Source of the DNA: a virus
Lineage: Duplodnaviria > Caudoviricetes
Length of the DNA stretch: 64,000 bases
IMG/VR virus record: IMGVR_UViG_3300042691_031247
Direction: 5' to 3' (one strand)
Shown here: piece by piece, positions 45,876-55,500 of the stretch
How the letters are laid out: each line of letters starts with the position of its first letter
Numbering within the stretch: the first letter of the stretch is position 1
The notes under the pieces: model-generated
What the model saw: only the letters and a program-made list of their open reading frames with translations
Databases searched by the model: none
Told to the model about the DNA's origin: nothing
Made by a program: the position numbers and the translations under genes

Positions 45876-46806
45876 CGGTTTTCTCCGGGTAGTGCAGTTC
45901 TTGGATCAGACCTTGATTCTGTAAAGAACCGCCAGCCGCAATAATCATCATTTCATCGTTGCGTAATTCTGCAGCGCCGTCATCAAAGGGTAACATTTTT
46001 ATAGCTGCGGAATCCAGTTTAGTCCCCACTTTGAACGGCAGCGTGGCCAGCATCGCGCCAATATTCTCGACGATTGTGGCCTGCGATTTCGTGGCGTTGT
46101 CGCTGTTTTTCTCGATCTCTACATATTTTACAAAAGAATCGATCAGCGGTAACTGGGTATGGCTATTTACCGGCACCGTGAGGCTGGCAATCGCGGCCTT
46201 GTACTTCATCGAGTGAATAGCGAAGTCTTGGAAAAACGCCGAAACACCCCCCGCGCCATCCGGTTTGGGAATCTCTAGACAACGATTAATTGCGGCGTCC
46301 AGTACGTATTGCCCGCCGCGAAAACCAAGTAGTTTCCACAGAAGGTCGTAGTGGCGCTCTTGGAGCCCGCGGGTCACAGCGTCAGCCATCACAACGTTTA
46401 CGATATAGTCGGTGTTGGGCAGCTTATTCCGAACGTCAAAAAAGGTATTGGCATACGCCTCAATTGTTTCGACTTCGGTGCCCAGTTTGTCGGCGATTTC
46501 TTGATCTGACTCGCCAGCCAGAATGCGCGCTTCAATAGCCCAGCGCGTCGGTTGCTTATCGGCGGCCCAGAGCGAGTGGGCCCAGAACATCGCGCCGTCC
46601 CGCAGCATGGCGCCGTACGTGGCTGTTGGGTCGTTGTTAGCTTGCTCGAAGTGCCGCTTGAGCCGCAGTGCCCGCCTGATCCACACAAAGCCTTCTGGGC
46701 CGTCTAACGCGCGGGACGCATTTCGACCGCCGCTGTCGATTTGGACAGCCCGCAGCCAACGCCAGTTTGGCGGGCGCAACGGGTTGGTGCGGAACGCATT
46801 TAACAT
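45859..46806 (-). CDS. HTH-containing hypothetical protein
   Basis: 315 aa. IEARILAGESDQEIADKLGTEVETIEAYANTFFDV is HTH-like. Confidence 0.6.
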   Translation of the reverse strand: MLNAFRTNPLRPPNWRWLRAVQIDSGGRNASRALDGPEGFVWIRRALRLKRHFEQANNDPTATYGAMLRDGAMFWAHSLWAADKQPTRWAIEARILAGESDQEIADKLGTEVETIEAYANTFFDVRNKLPNTDYIVNVVMADAVTRGLQERHYDLLWKLLGFRGGQYVLDAAINRCLEIPKPDGAGGVSAFFQDFAIHSMKYKAAIASLTVPVNSHTQLPLIDSFVKYVEIEKNSDNATKSQATIVENIGAMLATLPFKVGTKLDSAAIKMLPFDDGAAELRNDEMMIIAAGGSLQNQGLIQELHYPEKTDAGIK

Positions 46807-47189
46807 TAGCGCAACGTCGGCGTATCGACGGTAACAGAAAAGACCAGCGTCTTGTTGGCCGACGGCGTGATCTTGAGATAAAGATATCTTTGCGGGTTTG
46901 ACGGCGAACCGTCGCGATTAAGATACGACACGTTTAAGTCGTTTTTAAACGCGGTTGTCTGATCAAACGCCAGCACTTTAAACGTGTCTGCAGGCAGCGT
47001 GTTATTTGGCGCTTTGTCCTGTTTGCTTGAGTACAGGGTCGCCGTAAAGTTACCAGTCGCGCCGCCAGCGGCTTCAGCAAGGCTGTAGCCCTTTAAAACG
47101 CCGCGGTGCGGCATGGGAACGGCGACCGTAGTCGCTTCGCCGCTGTTGGCTGTAAACGTGACGCTACCGGACCATACTGTGCTGGGCAT
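46806..47189 (-). CDS. Small beta-rich hypothetical protein (possible virion surface protein)
   Basis: 127 aa, Thr/Ser/Val-rich. Stop/start overlap with the next gene. Confidence 0.6.
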   Translation of the reverse strand: MPSTVWSGSVTFTANSGEATTVAVPMPHRGVLKGYSLAEAAGGATGNFTATLYSSKQDKAPNNTLPADTFKVLAFDQTTAFKNDLNVSYLNRDGSPSNPQRYLYLKITPSANKTLVFSVTVDTPTLR

Positions 47190-47198
47190 ATTTCACCT

Positions 47199-49580
47199 TT
47201 ACGCGTTAGCGATGGCGCCAAGATCAATATCCTGCGCGGCTTCTTCGGGATACGGCTCGATGGTCTTTTGCTTGAGGAACAGAATGACGTCGCCAAGCAT
47301 TTCAAATGCGTTGCGCAGCGAGTCTTCCAGTTCCGGCATGTCGGCTTTACCGTAACGTTCGGCAAACCGGTCACCGTGCCAGTAGAACATGAACAGGATG
47401 CGGCCCAACTTGTCGAGGCCCTTGGTTAGTTCGCCCATGTACCGGTCGACGAGCGAGTCGTCGCGCACGGCGCGCAGCATGGCGCCCACCATCGCGGTGT
47501 CGAACACTTCGCGCTGGCCGCTTTGCGCGGCGTCGATCACGGAGCGCACGTCCCGCTGGTCGAGGAGCGTGTTCGGGTTGTAAACGCTGCGGTCGGTTTG
47601 ACTGGCACTCATACCCGGTACTTGCACCGCGGTATCAATGCCGAGCTGCGTTGGGATACTTGTACCCATGATACTCTCACCGCCCATCACGGGGCCCGGA
47701 TCGGTCGGAGCGGAGGGTGCGCCGTTGATCATCATCGGGCCGCCGTACGGATCAGCATACTTAACGCGGCACTCAAACTTGCGCTTGGCGGCCGCTTGTT
47801 TCAGGATCTCGCGAGCAGCTTGCTCGCGCAGACCGTGGTGCTCCACCAGCGTAACGAGCGCCTTGATGGGGCTCAGGTTAGCCTCTTTGTTAATCGTTAC
47901 CGACGAGCCGTTGTGATAAACAGTCAGAGCAGCGGTCTTTTGCATGAGCGCCAACTGGGCGTCAACAAGGTTGCCGGGCATCAGGGCCGGCGGATCACTC
48001 TCACCACAACCACATGCGCCCTGATCTTCCGCGATCTCGTCATCATCTTCGCCTTTGCTCACCTTGAGCAGCTTGAAACCTTCCGGCACAAAGATGTCGC
48101 CCATGCTCGCGCGCAGGCTGGCACCTTTCTTACCGTTGAGGTGAATACGGACACCGTCGCGCCACTTGTCGTAGTTCAGCGGGTCGGTATAGCAGCTGCC
48201 GCAAATGCTGCCCTTGGGCGGATACTTCGAGTGATCCTCAAGGTGCACTTCATAAACAGTGCTGCCGTTGCTGTCGCCGTATTCTTTGATCACGCGGAAC
48301 GGCGCTGTTGTGTCGCCGCGCTTGCTGAGCGCAATGTAGCGGGCGTCTTTACTCGGGACGCTGTTGGCTTCCGGCAGGCCGTTAAACCACGTATCAAACT
48401 CTTCGCCCTCGATCCGGGCCAGCGCAAAGACTTGGTCGGCGCGTGTATTGAGCCAGTTGCGCGCACCGTCAACGCGCACGACCGTGATGAAGTTTTCACG
48501 CTTAGCGGCGCCTTGCGGATGTACAGCCACGTAGCAGCGCTCAATGTTGCCCGGCTTGACCAAAATTTCATACAAACCGCTTTCGGTCGGATTGAACAGC
48601 TTCTTTTCGACCTGAATGTGATACGGGATCGAGACGTTGTCGCGGTCACGCTCGTCTTGAATCAGCACGCCGTCGCGCAGCAGCTTTTCTTGATCGTCTT
48701 CGCTGTAACCAACGGGCGCCTTGGTCTGCACCGTGACGTCGTATGTGATAATTGTCAGGCCCTTAGCGGCGGCCGGCTCTTTGGGAGCCTCAGACAGCAC
48801 ACTGGCAATCTTTGTGTTTGCGGCAACTTCGCGCGCAGAGGCTTCAGCAATAGCCTGCTTGACGATATCTAAACCGTGAAACTCGTCGACGGCGGCGGCT
48901 AGTTGCGGCGCGTGTTTGCACGTGTTAATAAGCGTGCCAATCACTTCGCGCCCGGCCTGCTTCAAAAACGTCTGCAGGTCTAGCGCTTCGCCCATCTCCT
49001 TAAACGCCTGCGCTGTGTTTAACGTAGCGCTCTTGGCGAGAGCCGGCATCGCAGCCGTCATCATCTCTTTGAGTGTGGGCTGCGCAGAGCCAAACTTAGC
49101 CGGGCTGCGCGAAAGCTGCGTAAAGTCGGGCTGACGTTGGCCCATGCCCGACAGGTTGCGCTGTACGCCGCTACCCAGAATGTTGGGCTTGCGGTTGATC
49201 AGGTAGTTAATCCAGTTTTCCTTAAGCGGTACGAACATGTCCTGATTTTTGATATACAGGAGTTCGTGGCCTTTGAGGTCGCCGTTGAGGAAGAACACCG
49301 GCGCATACAGCCAGTTAGAGCCGACCTTGAACGCAAAAACACCAACCGCCTTGGTGTTTTCCCGGTTGCGGTCGAGCAGCTGGAAACCAATTTCGTGGTC
49401 GAGTAGCTTGGGCGCTGAATCGCGCAGGTAGGCGTGAGCCAGATTGCTGAACGACTGCTCGAAGGAGGTGTCGTCGCCTTTACCGCCTAAATCGGCGTAC
49501 TTGGTCTGGGTGCGGTCATACGACTGCATCACCTTCAGCCAATGCTTAACAGACGACTCTTTCGCTTTTTTGTTATACAC
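47199..49580 (-). CDS. Large hypothetical head-module protein (~793 aa)
   Basis: GTG start behind CATGGAGG. Beta-rich N-terminus (AVGVFAFKVGSNWLYAPVFFLNG), helical C-terminus, several KxA motifs. Confidence 0.7.
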   Translation of the reverse strand: MYNKKAKESSVKHWLKVMQSYDRTQTKYADLGGKGDDTSFEQSFSNLAHAYLRDSAPKLLDHEIGFQLLDRNRENTKAVGVFAFKVGSNWLYAPVFFLNGDLKGHELLYIKNQDMFVPLKENWINYLINRKPNILGSGVQRNLSGMGQRQPDFTQLSRSPAKFGSAQPTLKEMMTAAMPALAKSATLNTAQAFKEMGEALDLQTFLKQAGREVIGTLINTCKHAPQLAAAVDEFHGLDIVKQAIAEASAREVAANTKIASVLSEAPKEPAAAKGLTIITYDVTVQTKAPVGYSEDDQEKLLRDGVLIQDERDRDNVSIPYHIQVEKKLFNPTESGLYEILVKPGNIERCYVAVHPQGAAKRENFITVVRVDGARNWLNTRADQVFALARIEGEEFDTWFNGLPEANSVPSKDARYIALSKRGDTTAPFRVIKEYGDSNGSTVYEVHLEDHSKYPPKGSICGSCYTDPLNYDKWRDGVRIHLNGKKGASLRASMGDIFVPEGFKLLKVSKGEDDDEIAEDQGACGCGESDPPALMPGNLVDAQLALMQKTAALTVYHNGSSVTINKEANLSPIKALVTLVEHHGLREQAAREILKQAAAKRKFECRVKYADPYGGPMMINGAPSAPTDPGPVMGGESIMGTSIPTQLGIDTAVQVPGMSASQTDRSVYNPNTLLDQRDVRSVIDAAQSGQREVFDTAMVGAMLRAVRDDSLVDRYMGELTKGLDKLGRILFMFYWHGDRFAERYGKADMPELEDSLRNAFEMLGDVILFLKQKTIEPYPEEAAQDIDLGAIANA

Positions 49581-49661
49581 GGCCAGCCTCCATGCTGCGC
49601 TCAAAATTAGACACAGTATTAATTTACTGCGTCGAAGTCTCTATATCCTACAAAAACAGGC

Positions 49662-51542
49662 TCACGGCTTCCACCCGCTTGTTGTGCCTGTTACGCCGAA
49701 CTGCTCGCCTTGGGCTAGAGCGGGCACATAACTGCTGCCCGCGGTATCGCTACTTAGGCCGCGTTGCACGCTATTCATAAGCCCTTTTTCTTGATACGAG
49801 CCCAGCATGCGGGTCATCCAGTCGGGGTCATTTGAGATATTCGCCATACCTCGCACCATTTCGGGCTGGAACGGCGGTGGTTCTTTGTGGGCTTGAATTG
49901 TCTTCACGCCGTATTTATTCAAATTGGTCAGCACGTTTTTACCGATCTTTGTGCCAATTGAATAGTGCAATACCGGTTTTTCAAGGTAATGCCCGGTTAA
50001 TGTGTTAGGCGCGGCTGATACGCTACCTTCACGCGGCGTCCAATTACGTTCAATTGCTGAGTAGGGCACTACATCGTCTGGCGCATAATCGCCGTACTCG
50101 TCATTCAAACGCACGTGATTAACAAGACCGCGCGCAAGTAGCTCGATGTTCCGTCGGTGGGCTGTAATGCCGCTATTGCCCATGACCTGCCGCATCGCCT
50201 GCACAAAGTAACGGCGGCCTTCTCCTACCCCTTTGTGCCGGACAATTTCAGCTGGATTTGGCATACCGTCGGATATGACGTCGCCGGCTTCAAGCTCGTC
50301 GCCTTTTTTAACAGCAAGCTTTCGCTCGGTCGGAACGTAGTGATCCTGCCCGTTAATCTGCACGTAATAACCGCCCTGCGGCGCTGGCCGAACTTCTTGT
50401 ACTCGCCCGTCAAGCTGCGAATGCGCTGCGCCGTCTGGATATTTTTTCGGGACCTGTACCAGCGCGTTAAGCGCTTTAAAGCCAGAAATCGCGCCCGCGC
50501 CACCAACGCCGCCCGAGTGCTTCGAGCTGATCTGGCTTTGCGTAACCGGCTCGGACAGCGCCTGTGCGGCGGTAATGCCTACGTAATCGCCGATGGGCGG
50601 TAGGCGCCCCTTCTCCCGGTAACCAACGTCTTTGGCGTAAACGCCGCCATCGCCCGGGCCGCCGACAATCGGACTGCGGACTAAGATATCTTTAGCGCCG
50701 CTTTCTTTCAGGTCTCGCAAGATCTTGGGCGTCAGAATTGTATTGCGTTTATACGGCCCGACAGCGCGAGCGAGTAACGCACCTTCGTTGTCTGGATCGT
50801 CTACGTCGGTGGGGTAGCCGCGCTCTTCCGCGGTCATGCGCCGCTCTTCATCGTCGTTATCATCGTCATCTGCCGTAACGAGCAGTCGGTGCGTCATCTG
50901 CGCAAGCTGTTTACCGTAGAACCCCGCGTCGGCGGTGGCCGTCTTCAGATCGATAACGCCCTTGCGGGTACCGAACGCGCCGGCAAAGTATTCAACCGGG
51001 CGCAAACCTTGGCTGTAGCCGCGCAACACCGGAATTGGAATCGGGTCGCCGCGGTGGTCGAGATACTGCATGTCAGCGCCAAGAATCGAGTTTAACTGAA
51101 ACTTGTTACCGACGCCGGCGCCAGCAATTTGATGCACCAGCGGATTATCTTGACCTTCCGCTTCTTTGTACACTTTTTCGAGAAGTTCTTGCTGCGCTGC
51201 TTGCGCAAGTTCGAGGAGCTTGATGTTGCGCTGTTTTTCGTCAAGCCGGCGATCGGCAAAGATGTCGCGCATCTGATTTTGCACACGCAGTTGCACGTGA
51301 CGTGCCGCAAGCGTCGGGCGAATGTCTTTAAGCCCGAACGATAAGCCGTTTGTCGTATACCCGGCGTCGCGGCCGATGTCGTGAAGCCGCTTCATGACTT
51401 CGCGGTATTTTTCTGGATGCGTTTTGGCTAGCTCAGTCGCGACACCGGACATTGTCTTTTTCGTCAACACACGATCGTAGTCGCGCATCTCGGGCGGCAA
51501 CGCTTCGTTAATCAGGAGTTGGCCGAGCGTTGTCTTCAGCAT
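49662..51542 (-). CDS. rpoC: Phage RNA polymerase beta' subunit, C-terminal half (funnel, bridge helix, trigger loop, jaw)
   Basis: Contains TTLGQLLINEALP, GLRPVEYFAGAFGTRKGVID..TADAGFYGKQL (bridge helix), GITAAQALSEPVTQ......HSGG (trigger loop) and HRRNIELLAR. Confidence 0.93.
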   Translation of the reverse strand: MLKTTLGQLLINEALPPEMRDYDRVLTKKTMSGVATELAKTHPEKYREVMKRLHDIGRDAGYTTNGLSFGLKDIRPTLAARHVQLRVQNQMRDIFADRRLDEKQRNIKLLELAQAAQQELLEKVYKEAEGQDNPLVHQIAGAGVGNKFQLNSILGADMQYLDHRGDPIPIPVLRGYSQGLRPVEYFAGAFGTRKGVIDLKTATADAGFYGKQLAQMTHRLLVTADDDDNDDEERRMTAEERGYPTDVDDPDNEGALLARAVGPYKRNTILTPKILRDLKESGAKDILVRSPIVGGPGDGGVYAKDVGYREKGRLPPIGDYVGITAAQALSEPVTQSQISSKHSGGVGGAGAISGFKALNALVQVPKKYPDGAAHSQLDGRVQEVRPAPQGGYYVQINGQDHYVPTERKLAVKKGDELEAGDVISDGMPNPAEIVRHKGVGEGRRYFVQAMRQVMGNSGITAHRRNIELLARGLVNHVRLNDEYGDYAPDDVVPYSAIERNWTPREGSVSAAPNTLTGHYLEKPVLHYSIGTKIGKNVLTNLNKYGVKTIQAHKEPPPFQPEMVRGMANISNDPDWMTRMLGSYQEKGLMNSVQRGLSSDTAGSSYVPALAQGEQFGVTGTTSGWKP

Positions 51543-51543
51543 G

Positions 51544-51783
51544 TCACGGCGTCCAGACGATGTTTTGCAACGATTTCGGCTTGAAGTCGGTTACAACAAC
51601 TGTTTTATTGATACCCAGCGCGCGTAACATTGGATGAAAATCTTTTTCACCCACGGTTGAATAAACAACCGCCTCGTCGACTTGAATGGCGACGAATAGC
51701 GGGTTACCTAGATCGTCCTCGACAACGACGCTGTGCGATTTCTGCTCAGCGGGTTGAAGATTGTGCTGCGTTTTAACCAGCAT
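51544..51783 (-). CDS. Small hypothetical protein between the RNAP genes
   Basis: 79 aa, beta-rich, Cys-free. Coupled to both neighbours. Confidence 0.6.
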   Translation of the reverse strand: MLVKTQHNLQPAEQKSHSVVVEDDLGNPLFVAIQVDEAVVYSTVGEKDFHPMLRALGINKTVVVTDFKPKSLQNIVWTP

Positions 51784-52501
51784 TGTCCGCAATACTCCGA
51801 ATCATGGCGGCGATAGCATTTGCTTTGATCTGCATTGCCGTGGGCGCATTCGGATTCGAGTAGCTGGGGCCGAACGGCCGGCCGATTGACGACGCAGACT
51901 TTTCAGCGCGGTCCCACCACGCCGCCTTAGACGGATCACCCTCTGGCGGTGCGGCGTTCGGCGGCATCGGGCCGCCCGGGGGCATCGGACCACCCGGCGG
52001 TTGCATACCGGCCTGCGCGTTGGGATCTTGCGCGGGAGGCGCCATCGGGCCGCCGGGCAGCGCGGTTTCAGCCGGCGGGGCGCCGGTTGTTCCGGGCGGG
52101 AGCACAAGTGACTCTGGCGGAACTTGCACACCCATCGCGTTCATAATGGCCGTGAGCTGCTGCTGCATGTTGTACAAGCGATAGTCGAGCATCTGCATCA
52201 TCTGCTCGGGCTTTAGTTTTTGCTGCGTGCCTGCAGGGGCTGCGCCCGGAGCGGCGGGTGCGGCGGGCGCTGCGGGAGGAGCAGCGGGCGGCGCCATACC
52301 CATAGCCGCAGGATCCACTGGCGGTGCAGCTGCTGCAGCAACAGCAGACGGATCGGCCGGCGGTACAGCCCCCATGGCGGCTGGGTCAACCGGCGGAGCA
52401 CCACCAGCAGCAGCGGGATCCACCGCCGCTCCGGGCACTAATGCGGATTTTTCAAAGCGCGCCTTCGCCAGCGCAATGAGTTCGGGGTTTACCGTGAACA
52501 T
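51773..52501 (-). CDS. Pro/Ala-rich low-complexity protein with a central helical segment
   Basis: 242 aa behind CATGGAGG. PAAP/PPGGPM tracts flank MMQMLDYRLYNMQQQLTAIMNAMG. Contains EKSA twice. Confidence 0.65.
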   Translation of the reverse strand: MFTVNPELIALAKARFEKSALVPGAAVDPAAAGGAPPVDPAAMGAVPPADPSAVAAAAAPPVDPAAMGMAPPAAPPAAPAAPAAPGAAPAGTQQKLKPEQMMQMLDYRLYNMQQQLTAIMNAMGVQVPPESLVLPPGTTGAPPAETALPGGPMAPPAQDPNAQAGMQPPGGPMPPGGPMPPNAAPPEGDPSKAAWWDRAEKSASSIGRPFGPSYSNPNAPTAMQIKANAIAAMIRSIADNAG

Positions 52502-52521
52502 ACAGCCTCCATGTTTAACGA

Positions 52522-55500
52522 TTACGTATTATCTTCCACAATATGAACCGGGGTGTCCACCTCTATTTCGCCGCGCCGGTACGCCTGCATGGCATCCTGC
52601 TTGCTGCGAAACACGCGTGGTTTAGCTTTTTTACTGATTCGACTGGACGCTAAGTATAACCCAGTCTGGTAGTCTTTGTTTGGGACGTAGTGCGCCTTGA
52701 ACGTCGAAGCTGCAAACAGGTTCTTACTCGGCAGCATCTTTTCCACGGCTTCTTTAGCGGCGTCTTCGGTACTTGGGACGTGATACTGCATCGCGTCGCC
52801 GTCGAAGTCAGCGCCGAACCCCTTCGTGATTACGGGGTTTACTTCCATGACTTTGTTCTTAGTTAACTTGGGGTAAAACGCCATCATGCCGTAACGGTGA
52901 AGCACGGGCGCGCGGTTAATAACAATAGGCCGCGACGACATCTGCCGATCTAGCTCGGCGCCAGCTTCTTTCGTCTTGTCTTCCACGGCCTGCATCGCCT
53001 GCATGCGCGGAAGACCCCTGCGAACAAGACCGCGCACAACGAACGGCTTGTAAATATCCCACGCTTTCTCTTCCGGCAACGCAACCTCGTCCATGTCGAG
53101 ATCGGGATTCGGTGTAATGACCGCGCGCCCCACGAGGTCGACCGTGGAGCTAAGAAGCTTACGCTGCACGGTGCCGTACTTTGGCGAGTTACCGAACACG
53201 TGCCGCAGAAAACCTTTCACATTGCGCTCAACGTTTTTCGGCTGCTGCGGCTCACCCAGTCCAGTGACAGCCTTCATCGAGTCATACACGCTCAGGCGTT
53301 CGTCGCCGTAATCGGCCAGCGCGCCAGACGCCTCTTTCAGTGTGTCGTTCGCATCAAGCAGTTCTTTGTACAGATAGTTTGCGTCAGCGACGAGCGGCAG
53401 CTTCTTACTGCCCATCGTGCTCACGGGGCGGAAGAGTGGCGGCAAGACGGGGACTTTACTAATCATCCAGTCTTTGGGGTGCACGCCGGTTGTTTCCGCG
53501 CTCTTTAAGAACCCCAACCGGCGCACGGCAGCGTCGCGAAGCGTCTTGCGCCCGGATTTAATATCTAAACGCGCCTGCTCGATAGCCTTTGGTAGGTTAA
53601 TTCGTTCAAGCGCGGCCTTGATCGCCGTGGGCCCTGTTTTGTCGCCCAGCTGTTCGCGACCAGCCAGCACGCCGCGGAACTGCTTTTCCGTCATCCCCAG
53701 TACGCGTCGAATCGGGTCTTCCATGACCGGATTCGGCAGCGGCTCGTGCAGCGTGATCTTGCTCCACCTGTTACCGCCGTGGCCGCCCGTCAAAGCCTCA
53801 TCAAATAAACCGCCGGCAATAGGCTTGAGGCGCCCCTTCCAGTCAACGGTCTCAGAGCTTTTCAATTCACGCGGACCGGCCAGCTCGTCGATGTCTTTGT
53901 CGGTCATGGCCATGAGGTTCGACCGCGTGCCTTTGCGCACAACGTTAATACCAGACGCCCTAAGCTGCCCGACGAACTTCTCGTATACGTGTGGCACCTT
54001 GGGTAGCGGCGGAGTGTAGCCGGCCATGAACTGCGACCAGTATTCGGGATTTGCTTGGCCGCGCACCATCTTGGCGTCGCGAATAACCTTACCGGCGCCG
54101 TGCGAAAGCAGCGCGCCAAGATCCAGCATGCCGACGCGCTTGGCGCCTTCGCTGCCGCCCTTCGCCGGAGTGCCTTCGGCTGTATATGCACCCATCGACC
54201 GGCCCTGCGCTTTTGATTCGCTGGTATGGTGCAGCTTCATGAAAAACCGGCTGCCGGTCAGCACACCGCCGATTTTCCGCCCGGTTTCTGCGTCGATGAC
54301 GTCTTCGGTATCGGACAGCCCGTGCTTTGCCAGTTCTTTCTGCGCAAACTCAATGAGGTCGTTTTTGTTATCAAAGTCCTTGAGCTTGTACGGCGAGCCG
54401 GTCTTTGCTGCGACCTTGCCTAGTGCGGCTTCAATCACCTGCGCCGGGTTAATACGGCTGATCAGACCCAGCGGCGAGACGAGCACTTCAAAAGGATTGC
54501 CGTCGCGGTCTTTGGGCATCTGGTCGTCAGGTACGATCTCTGCGACGACGCCCTTGTCGCCAAAGCGCCCGGTGAGCTTGTCGCCAACGTCCATGGGCGC
54601 TTGGTTTTTAACGACAACGCTCACACCCTTCTTGGTGTGCATAACGTCGGTCACGATACCCGGCGCATGATGCTCCCACGTGATTGTGTCGTTTGTAAAG
54701 TTACCAGCACGCCCACGATGCACTTTGCCGTACACCGTGTCTTTCTTTTTGGCCACGAGCACGAGCGGGTCACCAAACTTGACCTCAGTACCTTTTTTAA
54801 TCGCGCCGTCGTCGTCAAAGTTGTCAAGATACTTTTTGTCGTACTCAGTCGGGAACAAACTCACGAACGCCTTCTTGCCAACGTGAGTGTTGTCGTCCCA
54901 CTCGGCTTCGTGCTGATACATGTGCTCAGACGTTAGCCGCTTGGATGCGGATTCAGAGATAACTACCGCATCTTCGTAGTTCTTGCCGCGGAACGGCAGA
55001 TAGGCTGTACGCAGATTCAAGCCGAGCGCTGCGCTGCCGTTTTGATCTGTAAAGTTCGACCGGGCGAGCAGTTGTCCGGGCTCTACCGTGTCGCCGGGCT
55101 TCACAATCGGCGTCTGGTGTAAGAACGTCTTACGGTTGTACGGCATTTCGTTATACAAATCGATCGTCTTCTTATTACCATCTTTGTCGCGCAGTACGAT
55201 GCCGTCAGGTGTGACATCGACGACTTGCGCGCGTTCGGTAGCCCGGGTGGCGCCAAGCTTTTCGCCCATCTCGTCTTCGTGCGACATGCTCTCGTCATCG
55301 GCCTTGGCGGATTGCAGCAACGGCGCCTCGGCGTTTACTAGCGGGAGCGCTTGCGTAAACATACGGCTACCCATGATCACGCGGTGGCCTTTGATCATGG
55401 ACTTAATCGGCACCATGTTGGATAACGTCGAAAACGTTGAATCCATGTTCGGCAGGCTGAACTGCGCCTCTTTACGCGGAACATACTTGAGCTTGCCGTT

